A DNA stretch of 32,000 bases, taken from assembly GCA_045568075.1 (NCBI GenBank), contig JBJLBP010000001.1:60001-92000 (forward strand), given 5' to 3'. Below the pieces are notes generated by a model, which was not told the origin of the DNA, did no database searches, and saw only the letters and a program-made list of their open reading frames with translations. The translations under genes and the position numbers were made by a program. Below are positions 1 to 8,080 of the stretch, piece after piece. The stretch's first letter is position 1. Every line of letters starts with the position of its first letter. Source of the DNA: Candidatus Thalassarchaeaceae archaeon (GTDB lineage Archaea; Thermoplasmatota; Poseidoniia; Poseidoniales; Thalassarchaeaceae).

Positions 1-1612
1 CCACGCCGCCATCCAGCCAGTAATCAACCGCTGAGCGGTCGAAAGCCTGCGAGTCATTTGCAGAATCTGCGAAGCGTAGGAAATACCAAGATGAATCGTA
101 AAAAGTGTCCATAGTATCAGTCTCGCGACGAGCGGGACCGTTGCACTGCGGACATGTTGAGACAAGGAATGATTCGCTAGCCGCGAGGGGGTTGCCACTC
201 TCCTCCCAACTGAAAGTAACATCGAGAGGCAATTCGACAGGGAGTTGATCGTAAGGCACTGGCACAACTCCACAAGCCTCGCAGTGAAGCATTGGAATCG
301 GCGTGCCCCAGAAGCGCTGTCGGCTTAGCAGCCAATCCTTGAGCCGATACTGAACGGTGCCCTGTCCGGTTCCCTCAGCCTCCAGCGCAGAAATCACCGC
401 AGCCTTCGCTTCGTCACCAAATAGCCCATCAAACTCAGCCCGTGTCGAATTAATCATCCAACCTAGACCATCGAAAACGGGATTCTCCTCAACGCCCTCA
501 CCGCCCTCGCGTCGAGACAAAACTGGCTTCACTGGAATTCCGTATTTCTTGGCAAAGTCGTAATCGCGCTGATCGTGACCAGGCACGGCCATCACAGCTC
601 CAGTTCCGTAACTGGCGACAACGAAGTTGCCAGCGTAGATTGGAATCTCTTCGCCGGTCAGTGGATTGATTGCAGAGCGACCGAGTGGAACACCCTTCTT
701 TTCCTTCAGCATGTTGATTCGCTCGAACTCGGATAGCTTGGCGCACTCATCAGCAAGAGTTCGCCATCCAGCCTCATACTCAGTCCCGGCAACAAGAGGC
801 TCGCAAAGCGGATGCTCGGGTGAGAGCGTCACGAAAGTCACGCCAAAAATAGTGTCAGGGCGTGTAGTGAACGCCCCGATAATGGCGCTCTCACCATCAA
901 CTTCACCGGCAACAGGAAACTCGATTTGAGCGCCATGAGATCGTCCAATCCAGTTGCGTTGCATCGCTTTCACATTCTCAGGGAACTCGATGTGGTCCAA
1001 TTCATCGAGCAACTCATCGGCGTACTCAGTCATGCGGAGGAACCACTGAGCCATGTCCTTCTGAACGACCTCGAGACCACATCGCCAGCAGCGATTATTC
1101 TTCACCTGCTCATTGGCAAGCACAGTATCACAATCGTCGCACCAATTGACTGGAGCAAAGCGTCTCTCAACCAACCCAGCCTCATTGAAACGAAGGAAAA
1201 GTTCCTGATTCCAGCGATAATACTCAGGCGTCGACGTAGCGAACGTCCTTCGCCAATCGTACGAATATCCCATCCTTTCCTGATCAGCACGTATCATCAC
1301 GATGTTACGCTCCGTCACGGAGTGCGGATGTCCGCCTTCCTTCTTCGCAGCATTCTCGGCGGGCATCCCGAAGGAATCGTAGCCCATCGGATAGAGGACA
1401 TTCTTGCCCATCAAGCGTTGGAAGCGAGCCATAGCATCGCCAATGGAGTAGTTGCGTACATGACCCATGTGCATGGAGCCAGAGGGGTATGGGAACATTT
1501 CGAGGCAGTAGAACTTCGGACGTGAGTCATCGACTTCCGCTTCAAACAAGCGCGCCTCTTGCCAGCGTGACTGCCAGCGCGTCTCGATATCTTGTGAATC
1601 GTATGCCATCAT
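1..1612 (-). CDS. leuS: Leucyl-tRNA synthetase, bacterial type, N-terminal ~537 aa (3' end runs off the window)
   Basis: Manual minus-strand translation from ATGATG at 1612/1609 gives MMAYDSQDIETRWQSRWQEARLFE..FYCLEMFPYPSGSMHMGHVRNYSIGDAMARFQRLMGKNVLYPMGYDSFGMPAENAA (class I HIGH-type motif HMGH). Later blocks are LKDWLLSRQRFWGTPIP and ETDTMDTFYDSSWYFLR. The frame stays open to position 1. It is absent from the ORF track only because there is no in-window stop. Confidence 0.9.
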   Translation of the reverse strand, partial: MMAYDSQDIETRWQSRWQEARLFEAEVDDSRPKFYCLEMFPYPSGSMHMGHVRNYSIGDAMARFQRLMGKNVLYPMGYDSFGMPAENAAKKEGGHPHSVTERNIVMIRADQERMGYSYDWRRTFATSTPEYYRWNQELFLRFNEAGLVERRFAPVNWCDDCDTVLANEQVKNNRCWRCGLEVVQKDMAQWFLRMTEYADELLDELDHIEFPENVKAMQRNWIGRSHGAQIEFPVAGEVDGESAIIGAFTTRPDTIFGVTFVTLSPEHPLCEPLVAGTEYEAGWRTLADECAKLSEFERINMLKEKKGVPLGRSAINPLTGEEIPIYAGNFVVASYGTGAVMAVPGHDQRDYDFAKKYGIPVKPVLSRREGGEGVEENPVFDGLGWMINSTRAEFDGLFGDEAKAAVISALEAEGTGQGTVQYRLKDWLLSRQRFWGTPIPMLHCEACGVVPVPYDQLPVELPLDVTFSWEESGNPLAASESFLVSTCPQCNGPARRETDTMDTFYDSSWYFLRFADSANDSQAFDRSAVDYWLDGGV

Positions 1613-1884
1613 CTTCACCCCAATCGAAATGGGAGCCCTCTCAGGCTCCCAAGCTAAGCAGCAGGCCGAGCGAATCGCCCGCCGCGAAGGTTGGTGAAGC
1701 AGGCATTCGCGCCATGCGCCAGCGTCATGCCGTCTCGCTTTCAATGCACCCCTGAGAAAACGAGTTCGAAAGGAGATTATTCCTGAGAATGAAAGAGTCT
1801 AGTGTAAATCAATGGGTTTCTACTTAGATCGATAGTTTATACTCCCCCTTTCATGTTATAACTCGAACTTGTTCTAGTCCCCAC

Positions 1885-2280
1885 ATGAATTGGAAGTATA
1901 CGTTAGGTGCTGGTGCCGGAACTGGGGCAACTTTGGCAACATTGGTGGCGGTGCTAATGGTGATGATTGGACTAGAACCTCCAAACTTTTCAAGCGCTTT
2001 AGCCATTTTTATTGGTATGATATTGACTTCCGCATTTGTAGTTAAAAAAATATCACAACGAATTGGTTTCTGTGAACCAACCCTGAAGCAATTAATTCCA
2101 GTCTCATTTCTAACTTTCTTATTACCTATATTGGGGGCATCTTTCGGAGCACCGAATAGTGACTTGGATACAATAGTTAGCATTATTTTACTAGGAACTG
2201 CAGGTGGAGTTTTCTGGTCAAGTCCTTTCGCATTATGGTCATTTATTAGCGAAAGAAAATTGACAATAGAAGAGGAGTAA
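1885..2280 (+). CDS. Small hypothetical integral membrane protein (about 4 predicted TM helices) in a low-GC islet
   Basis: 131-aa ORF with a Gly/Ala-rich N-terminus (GAGAGTGATLATLVAVLMVMIG) and further hydrophobic stretches. TATA-like GTTATAA at 1855-1861 lies 30 nt upstream of the ATG. No family recognised. An antisense ORF (1851-2183) also exists, so coding status is moderate. Confidence 0.5.
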   Translation: MNWKYTLGAGAGTGATLATLVAVLMVMIGLEPPNFSSALAIFIGMILTSAFVVKKISQRIGFCEPTLKQLIPVSFLTFLLPILGASFGAPNSDLDTIVSIILLGTAGGVFWSSPFALWSFISERKLTIEEE

Positions 2281-2378
2281 AACTTGCAAAGCCCACACTG
2301 AGGCGTATGTGGAGTGGGTACCCATGCAATTAGGGGTAATCGCCATCGCTATGCGGGAGAAGCCCCTCGCCAGCCTCA

Positions 2379-3074
2379 ATGCTTGCCGACGGAGAGTTCG
2401 ACATACACATCGATGAGGCCGGTATCGAAGTCTGGGTAACTCAGATGGGCGCATACATGAACATGAATACAGCGTGGATCGATAGAGAAAACGGAATCGT
2501 CGCAATCACTGATCCATTCGATTCCGACCGCTGGGTCGAGGCGCTTGAACAACAAGGCCTACGCCCGACCCACCTACTCTACACGCACACGCACCGCGAT
2601 CACACTGCAGGATTCGCGCGGATGCTCGAGCTCGTTCCAGAGGTGGAAGTTTGGGGGCACTCTGAGTCGATTAACGAGTCACTGCTTGCGCGTGTCGTCT
2701 TCGGAAGAATTTCGCTGACGCATCAGTGGAGTCACGAATCGAATTCGACAGTCGAATGGTCAGCCGGTGGCATCTCACTCGCCGTCACACACTCCCCCGG
2801 CCACGCGCCCGGACACTGCACACTCCACGGACATGGGGTGTATCATGCGGGCGATTTGCTGTTTACCGCAGGTTCGGGCAGGGTTGACCTGCCCGGCTCT
2901 GATCCCGCGGCTCAAACAGCTTCTCTGCTATTCGCGCGGGGGCTTCTTCGTGAGCTTGATTCCAATTGGAGGTTGATTCCTGGGCATCGATATGATTGGG
3001 TCGATGGTTCTACGCCAGATTGGGTCACCATTGGTGAGGCGCTTGCGCACAATTACGCTCTGAACATGCTCTGA
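2379..3074 (+). CDS. Metallo-beta-lactamase fold hydrolase (glyoxalase II-like)
   Basis: The HxHxDH motif is present as YTHTHRDHTAGF, with downstream His/Asp ligand blocks (SPGHAPGH, HAGD, PGH). Confidence 0.8.
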   Translation: MLADGEFDIHIDEAGIEVWVTQMGAYMNMNTAWIDRENGIVAITDPFDSDRWVEALEQQGLRPTHLLYTHTHRDHTAGFARMLELVPEVEVWGHSESINESLLARVVFGRISLTHQWSHESNSTVEWSAGGISLAVTHSPGHAPGHCTLHGHGVYHAGDLLFTAGSGRVDLPGSDPAAQTASLLFARGLLRELDSNWRLIPGHRYDWVDGSTPDWVTIGEALAHNYALNML

Positions 3075-3193
3075 GTAGAACGATTTCGATTGTCGTCATT
3101 TTCGAAGGCGGCGGATGAATTTTGTAATCATCGCGAGGCCTGCGAAAAATCTCCAAGCGACTCTGAACGTGTCGATGATTTTGCCCATTTCAA

Positions 3194-5848
3194 TCACTCT
3201 GTCTTGTCGTAACGTGTGTTGGCCACACCGAGTTCCTTGGCAGCAGCCGCAGTCGTCCCAGCATCCAGCGATCCGTCCTGCTCAAGGGCTGAGAGTGCTG
3301 CTACGACGATGCTCGCGGTATCGATTTCGAAGAAGCGACGCAGAGAGTCTCGCGTATCTGAGCGCCCATAACCATCGGTGCCAAGCACGACGTATCGTCC
3401 GCCAACCCAACGCTGAATCATCTCAGGGACCGCTGCGATGTAGTCTGAGGCGGCGACCGTTGTCGTCTCGTCGCCGAAGCACTCGGCGACGAAAGCACTC
3501 TGCGGATTCTGTGGGTCGAGGCGGGTTGCTCGCTCGGCCGCAAGTCCGGCTCGGCGCAATTCGCCGTAAGAAGGAACAGACCAGATTTCCGCTCTGACAC
3601 CGCGGCCAGCTAGTATCTCGGCCGCCTCTTGCACATGCGAGAGAATCGGCCCGGAGCCAAGCAAACGGATCATCGGGCCGTCTCCGGCGCTAGCCTCACT
3701 CAACCGATAAGCGCCGCGAATCAAATCCGCATCAATCCCAGCCGGCTTTGCCGGCTGTTGCTCATTCTGATTATACAGCATAACGTAATGGAAAACATCC
3801 TGCCCCTGCCCCCACATCTCATCGATACCATGCTGGATGATTGTCGCCAATTCGTAAGCGTAAGCAGGATCCCAAGCGCGGCAGGATGGTACGGTGCTGG
3901 CGTGAAGTAGCGAGTGACCGTCCTGATGCTGCAATCCCTCGCCATTGAGAGTGGTTCGACCAGCTGTGGCGCCCATCAAGAAGCCACGAGATCGCGCGTC
4001 AGCAGCCTGCCAAATCTGGTCGTTAACCCGCTGGAATCCAAACATCGAGTAGAACACATAGAATGGAAGCGTAGGCGTTCCGGCGTGGGCGTATGAGGTT
4101 GCACTGGCTATCCAAGAAGCGATGGAGTTGGCCTCTGAAATTCCTTCCTCAAGAATTTGGCCGCTTGTCGATTCCTTGTAATTCATCAGCATTTTGTGGT
4201 CAACAGGAGTGTATTGCTGACCGAAAGAAGAGTAGATTCCGAACTCGCTGAACAACGGATCCATTCCGAAAGTTCGCCCCTCATCTGGGATAATCGGTAC
4301 CACCAGCTCTCCAATTTCTGATTTCATCAAATTTCGCAGAAGACGAACGAAGACCATGGTGGTGGAGACCTTCTGGCCTTCGGACGTGCCCTCGTCGAAA
4401 GCGGAGTAAGTCTCCTCACCAGGGAGGTTTTGCTCAATCGGTGGGGCTCTGCGCTCAGGCAGGTAACCGCCGAGTTGAGTGCGTCGTTCGTGCAGGTATG
4501 CTAGGGCTTCACTATCCTCCTCGAATTGGTGGAAGGGATCGTCTTGGAGGTTCTCATCAGGGATTGGAATACCGAGGTCGTCACGGTATTGCGTGAGGTC
4601 CTCGAGACTCATTTTCTTCTTCTGGTGGGTGGTGTTCCTTCCTTCGAAGGAGTCGATTCCCCAGCCTTTGACGGTGTGTGCAAGTATGACGGCTGGCTTG
4701 TCGGATTGTTTTGCTGCGTGGTAGGCGGCCCAGACCTTGATTGGGTCGTGGCCGCCGCGGCGCAATTGGCCGATTTGGGCATCGGTAAGAGAGGCTCCGA
4801 GGGCATCAAGTTCGGGATTGCCAGTGAAGAATTCTGTACGGAATTCGGCGGGTTCGAGTATACTCATGCGCTGGAAGTCGCCATCGGTAATCGATTCGAA
4901 GCGTGCGAGTAGGGCTCCTGTTGCGTCTTGGGCTAAGAGCCGGTCCCAATTCGAATCCCAGAGGACCTTGAAAACGTCCCAGCCGGCTCCGCGATAGAGC
5001 CCTTCAAGCTCTTGCACAATCTTTGCATTTCCACGAACCGGGCCATCCAGTCTTTGCAGATTGCAATTGACGATGGTGATTAGATTGTCGAGTTTCTCGC
5101 GGCCAGCGACGGCTATCGCAGCTATTGCTTCTGGTTCATCCATCTCGCCGTCGCCTAGGAAGCTGAAGATAGTGGATTCAGAGGTGTCTGCGAGTCCTCG
5201 ATTGTGCAGGTACTTCCAGAAGCGTGCGTGCATCACTGCTGAGAGTGGGCCGAGCCCCATCGATACCGTTGGGTACTCCCAGAACTCGGACATCAGTCGA
5301 GGATGTGGGTAAGATGAGAGCCCGTCTACGAAGGCTTCCTGACGGAAGTTTGCCAATTGCTCTCGGGTAAGACGTCCCTCAAGGAAAGCTCGAGCGTAAA
5401 TACCCGGGCTACCATGACCCTGGATGTAGAGAGCGTCGCCGATTCCGTTGCTATCCTTACCGCGGAAAACGTGATTGAAACCCACCTCGTAGAGGGTTGC
5501 CGATGAGGCGTAAGTCGAGATATGTCCACCGATCCCGTCGATGCGGCGATTAGCATCAGAGACGATGACTGCGGAGTTCCAGAGAATCGAATTTAGGATT
5601 TCTCGCTCGGTCTTTAGGTCGCCAGGGTAAGGTGGTTGCTGATCCCAAGAAATTGTGTTGACGTAAGGTGTCTGGGCGATTGGAGCAATCTCGACATCGA
5701 GGTCAATTGACTCCGCCATAACCTCGTGAAGTAGCATACGAGCTCGCTCGATTCCATGAGCATCGACGACCGAACGAAGGGCTTCCAACCACTCGTCTGT
5801 CTCCTCCGGGTCAATGTCTGGAAGACGTTGCCTGTGATTGACCGACAT
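3194..5848 (-). CDS. aceE: Pyruvate dehydrogenase E1 component, homodimeric (AceE) type
   Basis: The N-terminus MSVNHRQRLPDIDPEETDEWLEALRSVVDAHGIERARMLL parallels E. coli AceE. The ThDP motif is FLGDGEMDEPEAIAAI, and length is ~884 aa. ATG at 5848; the track's alternative GTG start is at 5857. Confidence 0.9.
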   Translation of the reverse strand: MSVNHRQRLPDIDPEETDEWLEALRSVVDAHGIERARMLLHEVMAESIDLDVEIAPIAQTPYVNTISWDQQPPYPGDLKTEREILNSILWNSAVIVSDANRRIDGIGGHISTYASSATLYEVGFNHVFRGKDSNGIGDALYIQGHGSPGIYARAFLEGRLTREQLANFRQEAFVDGLSSYPHPRLMSEFWEYPTVSMGLGPLSAVMHARFWKYLHNRGLADTSESTIFSFLGDGEMDEPEAIAAIAVAGREKLDNLITIVNCNLQRLDGPVRGNAKIVQELEGLYRGAGWDVFKVLWDSNWDRLLAQDATGALLARFESITDGDFQRMSILEPAEFRTEFFTGNPELDALGASLTDAQIGQLRRGGHDPIKVWAAYHAAKQSDKPAVILAHTVKGWGIDSFEGRNTTHQKKKMSLEDLTQYRDDLGIPIPDENLQDDPFHQFEEDSEALAYLHERRTQLGGYLPERRAPPIEQNLPGEETYSAFDEGTSEGQKVSTTMVFVRLLRNLMKSEIGELVVPIIPDEGRTFGMDPLFSEFGIYSSFGQQYTPVDHKMLMNYKESTSGQILEEGISEANSIASWIASATSYAHAGTPTLPFYVFYSMFGFQRVNDQIWQAADARSRGFLMGATAGRTTLNGEGLQHQDGHSLLHASTVPSCRAWDPAYAYELATIIQHGIDEMWGQGQDVFHYVMLYNQNEQQPAKPAGIDADLIRGAYRLSEASAGDGPMIRLLGSGPILSHVQEAAEILAGRGVRAEIWSVPSYGELRRAGLAAERATRLDPQNPQSAFVAECFGDETTTVAASDYIAAVPEMIQRWVGGRYVVLGTDGYGRSDTRDSLRRFFEIDTASIVVAALSALEQDGSLDAGTTAAAAKELGVANTRYDKTE

Positions 5849-5921
5849 CGCTGTCACCTGCCCTATGGGCAGGTCTGCCGAACTTACGGCCTGTTTTGAA
5901 TGGTCGCGTCTTCAACGGCCC

Positions 5922-6557
5922 TCATAGAGGGCCGGTATCAGGACCAATTGAGATGAGATGACACTCGTGAGGAGTACGGACTCCTGCGACGGTTATCGCT
6001 GAATCTCCCGTCACGCAGCGACTACCTCCCCATTGTCTCACAGTGCGCTCAACGGTTCGCTTTCCAGGCGCATTATTCGGGTCGACCTTGAGTTCGACGG
6101 ATACCGTCTCAAGGTCGCCAAGCCAGCGCAGTGCGGCTTCGATTGCGCGACCTGCCACACCCCTGCGCTGCTCAGAAGATCTGACCCAATATCCGAGATT
6201 CCACTCGGCCTCGGCCGAGCGAGTGATGCGGTCGAATCCAAGCAAGCCCAAGACCGCTTCATCCCACGGCCGAATCAATACCCAGTGATGCATCCGACCA
6301 ACGCGCCCAGTACGCTCGGTTTCATCGAGAAAATCGGCTATCTGCGGCTCGATTTCATTCTCAGGGAGAATCCACGGCATAGCCCTGCTAACCTCGGGCC
6401 AAGTCTCTTCGAAAGCCTCGAGCAAATCGCGAGTGTAAGTGGTGTTCGCCGGGCGCATTACGAGCTCATCGTCGACCATAATGGTCGTCGTCGCGCGCAG
6501 TTGCATATCGACTGCGCTGGCACGCACCCGCATTACGGCTGCGGCTAAACGAATCAT
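5922..6557 (-). CDS. GNAT family N-acetyltransferase (RimJ/RimL-like)
   Basis: Acetyl-CoA binding block GYWVRSSEQRRGVAGRAIEAALRWL. The start is uncertain: ATGs at 6557, 6533, 6506 and 6479. The track ORF start at 6644 would overlap the upstream gene, which ends at 6574. Confidence 0.75.
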   Translation of the reverse strand: MIRLAAAVMRVRASAVDMQLRATTTIMVDDELVMRPANTTYTRDLLEAFEETWPEVSRAMPWILPENEIEPQIADFLDETERTGRVGRMHHWVLIRPWDEAVLGLLGFDRITRSAEAEWNLGYWVRSSEQRRGVAGRAIEAALRWLGDLETVSVELKVDPNNAPGKRTVERTVRQWGGSRCVTGDSAITVAGVRTPHECHLISIGPDTGPL

Positions 6558-6573
6558 CCGAATTCTAGTGATT

Positions 6574-7968
6574 TCAGGGTCGCAATTTGGCCTTCGCCGC
6601 CTGCACGTCTTTGTCATCGGGCTCGGCCTCGACAGCTGCAGCAATCATCTGGTCGACGGCCGAAGCCCGTCCAACTCTCTGCAATAACGCGCCGATTGGA
6701 TAGAGCAATTTGGTCCGGTCACCCAAGTGAGGCCCGACCTCATCGAGAAGGACCATCACCTGTGCCACATTTTTGCGCTTGGCCTCCTCCATCGCTTCCT
6801 TAATCTTCAGAGCGACTTCTCTATTCGGCCATTCTTCCTGTTGCGGCCACGGCCAAAATCCATTGTTTTCCGGCATATCCAGAGCCTCATTGGCCTGAGC
6901 GATGTGAGGCATTGTCGGAATTTTCGGTATTCGCGGGATTCGTGGTGGACTTGCTCCACCATCGAAGGCCGCATCCATTGGATCGACACTTTTGGCGACG
7001 GCTGGATTTGGAGGTGGGGGCATTCCCGCAGGTGCGGCAGGAACCACAATCGGAGGTTGAGGAGCTGGTTTTGGCACTGGTTCTGCCTCAGACTTCGGCT
7101 CAGGCACCGGCTCGGCAACTTCCTCAATTTCCTGAGGGCCGGCAATAATTCTAGCAGCGAGTTCGGCCTTGGTTCCGGATGGTGAGAGGCCTTCTGCCTC
7201 GGCCATTTCTACCAATTCGACCTTCTTCAACAAGAGTAATGATTTCTCGGTAATCTCTGTTGATTCGACCTGCGTCTCGACAGCCACCTCAGGTTCGGCT
7301 TCAGATTCTTCCTCGGCATTCTCGGGCTCGGACTCAACCTGAGGCTCTATCTCCGGTGATTCCTCAACCGAAGGAGCGGGTTTCTCCGCTGCCGGCGCTG
7401 GCTCGGAAAAAGAGCCATTTCGATCAGGGATCGCATCGGCGGCAACGACCTCAACGGTCTCCGCCGATTCAGCAGTCGGTTGAATGAGTTCAATCTGCTG
7501 AGATGGAACTTCTTCAAGGGGCTCAGGCTCGCTCTCCGGCATCTCAAATTTGGTGACAAAGGCCGGAGCATCCGCTGCAGTTAGTTCGTAGTCCCCCTCT
7601 TCTTCGTCGACCGGATCGGGATTATCTACAGTCATCGCGAAAGTCGGGTTTCCACTGACTTTGATTCCGTCGTCCTTGCCATATTGTTCGACATCGATTG
7701 TGACATCATCCATGGTGAAAGTACCCTTCGACCAATCGATGACCTCCTCCTCTTCATCTTCATCAAAATCGGCTAGCAATTCGTCGAAAAGAGTACCTGC
7801 TTCTTTGTCATCGATAGAAGCTACCTGCTCGAATGCAGCCTTGCCCAATTGGTACATACATTGGGAGCACTGCATCGTATCCTCAGGATTCAATGTGTGA
7901 CACAGTGGGCATTCAACAGTAGGTCCGGCTGCCCCCTTACGCCAGTTCTTGAACTTGTCAAATACCAT
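6574..7968 (-). CDS. Hypothetical multi-domain protein: N-terminal zinc ribbon, long acidic disordered region, SAP/HeH-like motif, proline-rich segment, C-terminal helical domain
   Basis: CPLCHTLNPEDTMQCSQC (CxxC..CxxC) sits near the N-terminus, followed by ~200 aa rich in D/E/P. LLLLKKVELVEMAEAEGLSPSGTKAELAARII resembles a SAP/HeH DNA-binding motif. A PxP-rich stretch (PKPAPQPPIVVPAAPAGMPPPPNP) follows. ATG at 7968 is preceded by SD-like AGAGGT and by TTATAC (8015-8010 on the minus strand). Confidence 0.6.
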   Translation of the reverse strand: MVFDKFKNWRKGAAGPTVECPLCHTLNPEDTMQCSQCMYQLGKAAFEQVASIDDKEAGTLFDELLADFDEDEEEEVIDWSKGTFTMDDVTIDVEQYGKDDGIKVSGNPTFAMTVDNPDPVDEEEGDYELTAADAPAFVTKFEMPESEPEPLEEVPSQQIELIQPTAESAETVEVVAADAIPDRNGSFSEPAPAAEKPAPSVEESPEIEPQVESEPENAEEESEAEPEVAVETQVESTEITEKSLLLLKKVELVEMAEAEGLSPSGTKAELAARIIAGPQEIEEVAEPVPEPKSEAEPVPKPAPQPPIVVPAAPAGMPPPPNPAVAKSVDPMDAAFDGGASPPRIPRIPKIPTMPHIAQANEALDMPENNGFWPWPQQEEWPNREVALKIKEAMEEAKRKNVAQVMVLLDEVGPHLGDRTKLLYPIGALLQRVGRASAVDQMIAAAVEAEPDDKDVQAAKAKLRP

Positions 7969-8023
7969 GACCGGACCTCTACAGACGAGGGCGTTCGGCC
8001 GTGTTCCGCGTATAACCCTCACC

Positions 8024-8040
8024 CGCCGTTGTAAACGGCG
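8024..8040. promoter_or_regulatory. Perfect 7-bp palindrome (CGCCGTT gta AACGGCG) in the divergent promoter region
   Basis: Read directly from the sequence. It lies between the starts of the zinc-ribbon gene (7968, minus strand) and the helicase gene (8081, plus strand), next to both TATA-like boxes (8010-8015 and 8053-8060). Confidence 0.25.
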
Positions 8041-8080
8041 AACTTCAGACTCAGTATTTTCTCTAACTCGGCGAAACGTG

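Noticed and set aside
926-1525. 199-aa + strand ORF, plus other antisense ORFs such as 3115-3597, 4526-4912, 6033-6548, 6727-7185, 25487-26062 and 26910-27554.
   Set aside because: Each lies antisense to, or out of frame within, a strongly supported conserved gene (leuS, aceE, GNAT, zinc-ribbon gene, pyrE/DP2). Their sequences are Arg/Ser/Pro-rich and typical of shadow ORFs in GC-rich DNA.
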